Below, one piece after another: positions 59,272 to 64,000 of a stretch of DNA of 64,000 bases. The notes below the pieces were generated by a model. It was not told the DNA's origin, made no database searches, and saw only the letters and a program-made list of their open reading frames with translations. A program made the translations under genes and the position numbers. How positions within the stretch are numbered: the first letter of the stretch is position 1; every line of letters starts with the position of its first letter. Origin of the DNA: a virus. The stretch lies in the IMG/VR virus record IMGVR_UViG_3300000117_000007; one strand, given 5' to 3'.

Positions 59272-59300
59272 ATCATAACATGTGAATTTTATCCTCACAA
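59272..59300 (-). promoter_or_regulatory. Putative leftward sigma70-type promoter
   Basis: Minus strand TTGTGA-17 bp-TATGAT with extended TG. Confidence 0.5.
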
Positions 59301-59390
59301 GAGGGTTTTCAAAAAAACTTTAAAAAACTTTCTAAAATAAATACTTAAAACCCACTAGCAAAAACTACTGTTTTAGAGTATTATAGATAC

Positions 59391-59945
59391 ATGACTAAAA
59401 GAAAAGACCCTAAAAAGGCAGAACACTATGTTAATAACAAAGAGTTCACTCAAGCAGTTGCCGAGTATAACGAAGCAGTAAAACTCGCCAAGGAGAAGGA
59501 TAAAACACCTCCTCAAATGTCAAACTACATAGGGGAGTGTATCTATAAGATTGCAACTCGTCTATCTACTAGACCAAACTTTATTAATTATACTTACAGA
59601 GACGAAATGATCTGTGATGCAATTGAAAATTGTATACAGTATATTAATAACTTCAACAGAGAAAAGTCCAACAACGCATTCGCATATGTAACACAGATTT
59701 GTTATTATGCATTTCTTAGAAGAATCCAAAAGGAGAAAAAGCAAGTCTTTATCAAACAACAGATAACAAATGAGACGGGTATTTCTGAGGCGGCATTTGA
59801 TACAATTGATGGTGATACGTCTGGACTAATAAACACAAATGTTGAATGGATGCAAGAGAACATGAAAGTTGTCGAGTATTCACCAAGAAAGTCAAAGAGA
59901 GCAAAGAAAACTACAAAGAAAAATTTAGACAACTTTACTGAATGA
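59391..59945 (+). CDS. gp55: Late sigma factor gp55
   Basis: HYVNNKEF, YIGECIYKIA, RPNFINYTYRDEMICDAIENC, AFAYVTQICYYAFLRRIQKEKKQ. Confidence 0.95.
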   Translation: MTKRKDPKKAEHYVNNKEFTQAVAEYNEAVKLAKEKDKTPPQMSNYIGECIYKIATRLSTRPNFINYTYRDEMICDAIENCIQYINNFNREKSNNAFAYVTQICYYAFLRRIQKEKKQVFIKQQITNETGISEAAFDTIDGDTSGLINTNVEWMQENMKVVEYSPRKSKRAKKTTKKNLDNFTE

Positions 59946-61009
59946 AAATAGCATTATTAAACGATACACATGCGGGTGTCAGAGGCGACATGATGGCAAT
60001 GTCCGAATATCAAGGACGTTTCTATACTGAAGTATTCTTCCCGTATCTTGACGAACATGATATCAAACATATCATTCATTTAGGAGATTACTTTGATAGA
60101 CGTAAGTATGTAAACTTTGCTAGTCTACATAATAATCGTAAGCATTTCATTGATCCTATGTTAGAGAGAGGGATATCAATGGACCTTATATTGGGTAACC
60201 ATGATGTCTATTATAAATCTACAAATGATGTAAATGCACCTGAACTATTGCTTTTTGCAGATGATAACATTAACGTTATCTCAGACCCCATTGTTAAAGA
60301 ATACGATGGGTTCAATATAGCATTAGTGCCATGGATTAATAATGAGAACTATGCAGACTCAGTAGACTTTTTGCTATCAGCAAATGCATCTTGGTGTATG
60401 GGTCATTTCGAAATTGAAGGTGCAATCATGCACCCAGGAATGACATGCCCACATGGATTAGATCACACTTACGTAAAACGTTTTGAAAAAGTACTTAGTG
60501 GTCACTTTCATCATAAATCAGAAGTAGGTAATGTTAGATACCTAGGTTCTCAAATGCAATTTACATGGTCAGATTATGGTGATCAAAAATACTTCCATGT
60601 ATTTGATACAGAGGATCAAAGTCTAACGCCTGTTCATAACCCACTTACTATGTTCGAAAAAGTATTCTATGATGATACAAAAGAATCATTCGAAACAATT
60701 AGTAATAGAGATTACAGTCAATATAATAATAAGTTTGTCAAAGTTGTTGTAGTAAACAAAGACAATCCATATTGGTTTGATACAATGATTGATAAGTTAC
60801 ATGGTGCAGAACCACTGCACATGACGATTGTTGATGATCACAAACACATGGACTTATTATCAGATGAAGAATTAGAGGGTGTAGAAGATACACTTACGAT
60901 TCTACAGAAGTATGTTGACGGTCTAGAAATTCAAGGAGAAAAAAATCACTTAACAGAATTGGTTACTTCATTGTATAATGAAGCATTAGATGAACACAAT
61001 TATATATGA
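59942..61009 (+). CDS. gp47: Recombination endonuclease subunit gp47 (Mre11/SbcD-like)
   Basis: DTH, GDYFD, GNHD, SGHFH metallophosphoesterase motifs. Confidence 0.95.
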   Translation: MKIALLNDTHAGVRGDMMAMSEYQGRFYTEVFFPYLDEHDIKHIIHLGDYFDRRKYVNFASLHNNRKHFIDPMLERGISMDLILGNHDVYYKSTNDVNAPELLLFADDNINVISDPIVKEYDGFNIALVPWINNENYADSVDFLLSANASWCMGHFEIEGAIMHPGMTCPHGLDHTYVKRFEKVLSGHFHHKSEVGNVRYLGSQMQFTWSDYGDQKYFHVFDTEDQSLTPVHNPLTMFEKVFYDDTKESFETISNRDYSQYNNKFVKVVVVNKDNPYWFDTMIDKLHGAEPLHMTIVDDHKHMDLLSDEELEGVEDTLTILQKYVDGLEIQGEKNHLTELVTSLYNEALDEHNYI

Positions 61010-62724
61010 TAAAATTTAAACAGGTACGATGGAAGAACTTGCTTTCATCTGGTAATAAATTTACCACAATTGAATTAGATAGATCGAGTACAACTCTTAT
61101 ACTTGGTGAAAACGGTGCAGGAAAGTCAACGTTATTAGATGCATTATGTTTTGGACTATATGGTAAGGGGTTTAGAAATCTAAAAAAAGAACTACTTGTT
61201 AACTCAGTCAATGGAAAAGAACTACTTGTAGAAGTCGACTTCGAAGTAGGAAAGAAAAAATATAAAGTCATAAGGGGTACACGCCCCAATCGTTTCGAAT
61301 TATATCTCGGAAAAACTATGCTCAATCAAGATGCAAGTGTACGAGATTATCAAGACCACTTAGAAAAGAATATACTCAAAATGAGTCATAGGTCTTTTAC
61401 TCAAGTGGCAATACTAGGATCAGCAAACTTTACACCGTTCATGCAACTGAAAGCAAAAGATAGGCGTAAACTAGTTGAAGACCTACTAGATATATCTATA
61501 TTCTCTACTATGAGAGACATACTTAGAAAGAAAGTACAGTCACATAAAATAGAGATTAAAGATACAGATCATGAAGTTGAAATTCTTGAAGAAAGAATTA
61601 GTGGTCTTACTGAACAGTTGAATGCTCTTCAGAAGAATCGTGATGAACAAATTGGTAAGTATGAATCTACAGTGAAGGAAACAGAAAACAACATTGCAAA
61701 CCTCATGGAGAAAGTAGATGAAAAGACGCAAAATGTGGTGGAGAAAGAATCCACTATCACGAATAAAAGTACTACAGAAAGTAAACTCAAACAGATTGTT
61801 GAATTGGAGAAACAACTCGAAGCAACTCGAAAGAAAGCAAATACAGATATTGAATTCTACGAGAACAACGACAACTGCCCCACATGTAAACAGGGTCTAG
61901 ACCATGAACACAAGAAGAAGCACATTGAGGAGAAGCAGAATAAAATCTCAGAGATCAAGACGGCGATGTCAACTCTTGACAAACAAGTCTCAGAACTCAG
62001 AGACGAAATCGACAGAATCAATGAAGTCCAGCACCAGATAAATGAAGTACAAAGAGAGATAGGACTTTTACAGACTGAAGTTACATCTAATCAAAAGTAT
62101 ATTCATAAACTTAATGGTCAAATAAAAGAGTTAAGTAAGAATATTTCTGGTGATGATAGTGTACAGAATAGACTTACATCAAACGAGGACGACTTAGATA
62201 AACTACATGCTAAACAGAAGACACTAAAAGAACGAGGTCATTACTTTGAACTTGCTCAGTTACTTCTTAAAGATGAGGGCATCAAGTCAAAAATAATTAA
62301 ACAATATGTACCAGTGATGAACAAGATGATTACAAAGTATCTTGCATCATTAGAATTCTATGTAGGGTTTGAACTTGATGAGAACTTTGAAGAGACTATT
62401 AAGTCTAGATTCAGAGACGTATTCAAATACGATAACTTCTCTCAAGGTGAGAAGATGAGAATCGATTTAGCATTACTCTTTACATGGAGATCAGTTGCAA
62501 GAATGAAGAATTCTGTTAACACTAATCTGTTAATACTAGATGAGGTGTTTGACTCTTCACTTGATGCACAGGGTACAGACGACTTTTTAAGATTGTTAAA
62601 TACATTATCTGAAAAGACGAATGCATTTATCATATCTCACAAGGGCGATCAACTCTATGATAAGTTTGAAGAGGTGATTAAATTTGAGAAGTATAAAAAC
62701 TTCTCTCGAATTTCAGTATCATAA
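61006..62724 (+). CDS. gp46: Recombination ATPase gp46 (Rad50/SbcC-like)
   Basis: GENGAGKS, CPTC zinc hook, FSQGE signature, LILDE. Confidence 0.95.
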   Translation: MIKFKQVRWKNLLSSGNKFTTIELDRSSTTLILGENGAGKSTLLDALCFGLYGKGFRNLKKELLVNSVNGKELLVEVDFEVGKKKYKVIRGTRPNRFELYLGKTMLNQDASVRDYQDHLEKNILKMSHRSFTQVAILGSANFTPFMQLKAKDRRKLVEDLLDISIFSTMRDILRKKVQSHKIEIKDTDHEVEILEERISGLTEQLNALQKNRDEQIGKYESTVKETENNIANLMEKVDEKTQNVVEKESTITNKSTTESKLKQIVELEKQLEATRKKANTDIEFYENNDNCPTCKQGLDHEHKKKHIEEKQNKISEIKTAMSTLDKQVSELRDEIDRINEVQHQINEVQREIGLLQTEVTSNQKYIHKLNGQIKELSKNISGDDSVQNRLTSNEDDLDKLHAKQKTLKERGHYFELAQLLLKDEGIKSKIIKQYVPVMNKMITKYLASLEFYVGFELDENFEETIKSRFRDVFKYDNFSQGEKMRIDLALLFTWRSVARMKNSVNTNLLILDEVFDSSLDAQGTDDFLRLLNTLSEKTNAFIISHKGDQLYDKFEEVIKFEKYKNFSRISVS

Positions 62725-62734
62725 ATAAAAGCAT

Positions 62735-63367
62735 ATGTACGAATTAATAGAAGAAGCAAGTAAAGTTTTAAGAACTCCACCACCCGAGTTTGATTTTGAG
62801 AATCCTAAGGAAGATCCTAAGGAAATCGAAAAGAATATGATTGAAGCAATGGACAAGTTTGGTGGTATAGGTCTATCTGCTAATCAAGTTGGATTACCTT
62901 ACAAAATGTTTGTAATGAAATCTGCTGATAAGGGTACAGTTGCTTTTTTTAATCCAAAGATAACAAGGTTGTCACAAGAAACGGATATGATGAAAGAAGG
63001 GTGTTTGTCATTTCCCGACATATACCTAATGATTAAACGGGCAAAAGTGGTAGAACTTGAATACCAAGATGCAGATGGAGAACAACATACACTTGTATTA
63101 GAAGGACTAGCAAGTCGATGTGTACAACATGAAGTCGATCATCTAAATGGTATTGTGTTTCTACAAAGAGCATCAAGACTTAAAATTGAACGTGCATTAA
63201 AGTCACGAGATAAAGAAAAACGTAAACGGTTAGAATATGAAAGAAGAGTTGCAATCGCAAAATACTTCCAAGAACGTGCAGAAGCAGATAAAGATTCCAG
63301 CGGATCCAGTGATGATACCGAATCTACTGGAGAAGAATCAAGCACAGGAACTGATCAAGTTTCATAG
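62735..63367 (+). CDS. def: Peptide deformylase
   Basis: GIGLSANQVG, EGCLS, QHEVDHLNG motifs; CATAAATA at 62720. Confidence 0.93.
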   Translation: MYELIEEASKVLRTPPPEFDFENPKEDPKEIEKNMIEAMDKFGGIGLSANQVGLPYKMFVMKSADKGTVAFFNPKITRLSQETDMMKEGCLSFPDIYLMIKRAKVVELEYQDADGEQHTLVLEGLASRCVQHEVDHLNGIVFLQRASRLKIERALKSRDKEKRKRLEYERRVAIAKYFQERAEADKDSSGSSDDTESTGEESSTGTDQVS

Positions 63368-63956
63368 AGAACACGATCATCTGTACAGAATAGGAAACGA
63401 AAGGGAATACTTAGGTATTCGTTTCATGCATATCCATACACAATGGATTCGTGATCTATTGATAAGAATTTCATATGATTTGGTTGGCAATATCAGAAAG
63501 ATATCTAATCAAGTAGTGTGGCCAGAAATGATTGCTTTAAATGAATGGCCAATTGGGGGTGAACAACACCCTCATGTCGACACATATTCTAATCAAGAAA
63601 TGAATCATCAAACAACTATCGATAGACCAGCAAGAGAATGGACATGTATTCTATATCTCAATGATGATTTCAGAGGTGGTCGAACTTATATACCTGAAGG
63701 TCAAGAAATGAACTTTGATGGTGTTGTAAGAGACTATCAATATCAAGTCTTTGAACCAGAAGCATGTGCTGGACTTCTCTTTCAAGGAATCTATCTACCC
63801 CATGGCGTAGAAAAAATCAGAAGAAATTCACGATACACTGTATCATTTTGGTTCTCATCATCACCAGAAAAGCAGATGATGATGCAACCTGTCCACGATC
63901 TAAATCTAGATGAAGATTCATGGCGACTTGCTATGAAAGAAGACGGCCGAATCTAA
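63237..63956 (+). CDS. 2OG-Fe(II) oxygenase (prolyl 4-hydroxylase-like); true start may be downstream (e.g. 63312)
   Basis: HVD, ILYLNDDFRGG, HGVEKI...RYTVSFW. Confidence 0.85.
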   Translation: MKEELQSQNTSKNVQKQIKIPADPVMIPNLLEKNQAQELIKFHREHDHLYRIGNEREYLGIRFMHIHTQWIRDLLIRISYDLVGNIRKISNQVVWPEMIALNEWPIGGEQHPHVDTYSNQEMNHQTTIDRPAREWTCILYLNDDFRGGRTYIPEGQEMNFDGVVRDYQYQVFEPEACAGLLFQGIYLPHGVEKIRRNSRYTVSFWFSSSPEKQMMMQPVHDLNLDEDSWRLAMKEDGRI

Positions 63957-63974
63957 AAAAACTTTCCTAAGACC

Positions 63975-64000
63975 TTGACAATGGGTCTCACTTTTTTATA
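63975..64000 (+). promoter_or_regulatory. Probable sigma70 promoter, truncated by the window end
   Basis: Perfect TTGACA at 63975 and TATA at the final bases. Confidence 0.5.

Noticed and set aside
44801-62724. Introns, inteins or homing endonucleases in gp17, gp20, gp23, uvsW, gp46/47
   Set aside because: ORFs are continuous and of normal length; no HNH, GIY-YIG, LAGLIDADG or intein motifs were seen.
567-63345. The many minus-strand and nested ORFs in the ORF track (e.g. 8298-8798, 30147-30626, 33809-34348)
   Set aside because: They are shadows of long plus-strand genes with biased codon use and show no recognisable motifs.
1-64000. Stop-codon reassignment; tRNA genes
   Set aside because: TAA, TAG and TGA all terminate genes at sensible positions and core genes are intact in the standard code. 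No cloverleaf was recognised in the short intergenic gaps (not tested with tRNAscan).

Overview
A 64-kb, AT-rich segment of a T4-like myophage genome. Gene order and content resemble marine T4-like phages; the host cannot be determined from this window. All supported genes are on the + strand. In order: baseplate (gp53, hub, gp5, gp25, gp6, gp7, gp8, a VrlC/DUF4815-like giant protein); an extended fibre and accessory region (19.9-40.8 kb); neck, tail and head genes (gp13-gp23, gp3); then uvsY, uvsW, gp55, gp47, gp46 and peptide deformylase. T4-type late promoters (TATAAATA) punctuate the structural region. The main observation is two adjacent gene pairs (21875-23506 with 23509-24318, and 32089-33846 with 33866-35488) whose Tyr/Pro/Thr/Gln/Gly-rich repeat proteins are residue-by-residue complementary when read antiparallel. 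By hand count, at a single gap-free register (i+j=238 for pair 1, i+j=574 for pair 2) essentially every Gly in one protein faces a Tyr/Phe in the other, and module insertions are mirrored. This suggests heterodimeric, sequence-coded beta-zipper fibres (about 200 and 515 paired residues) docked on tail-fibre tips. A glycosyltransferase, several 2OG-Fe(II) oxygenases, an amidinotransferase and a PRMT-like methyltransferase lie nearby and could modify virion proteins. All product calls rest on motif recognition and synteny, not on database searches.
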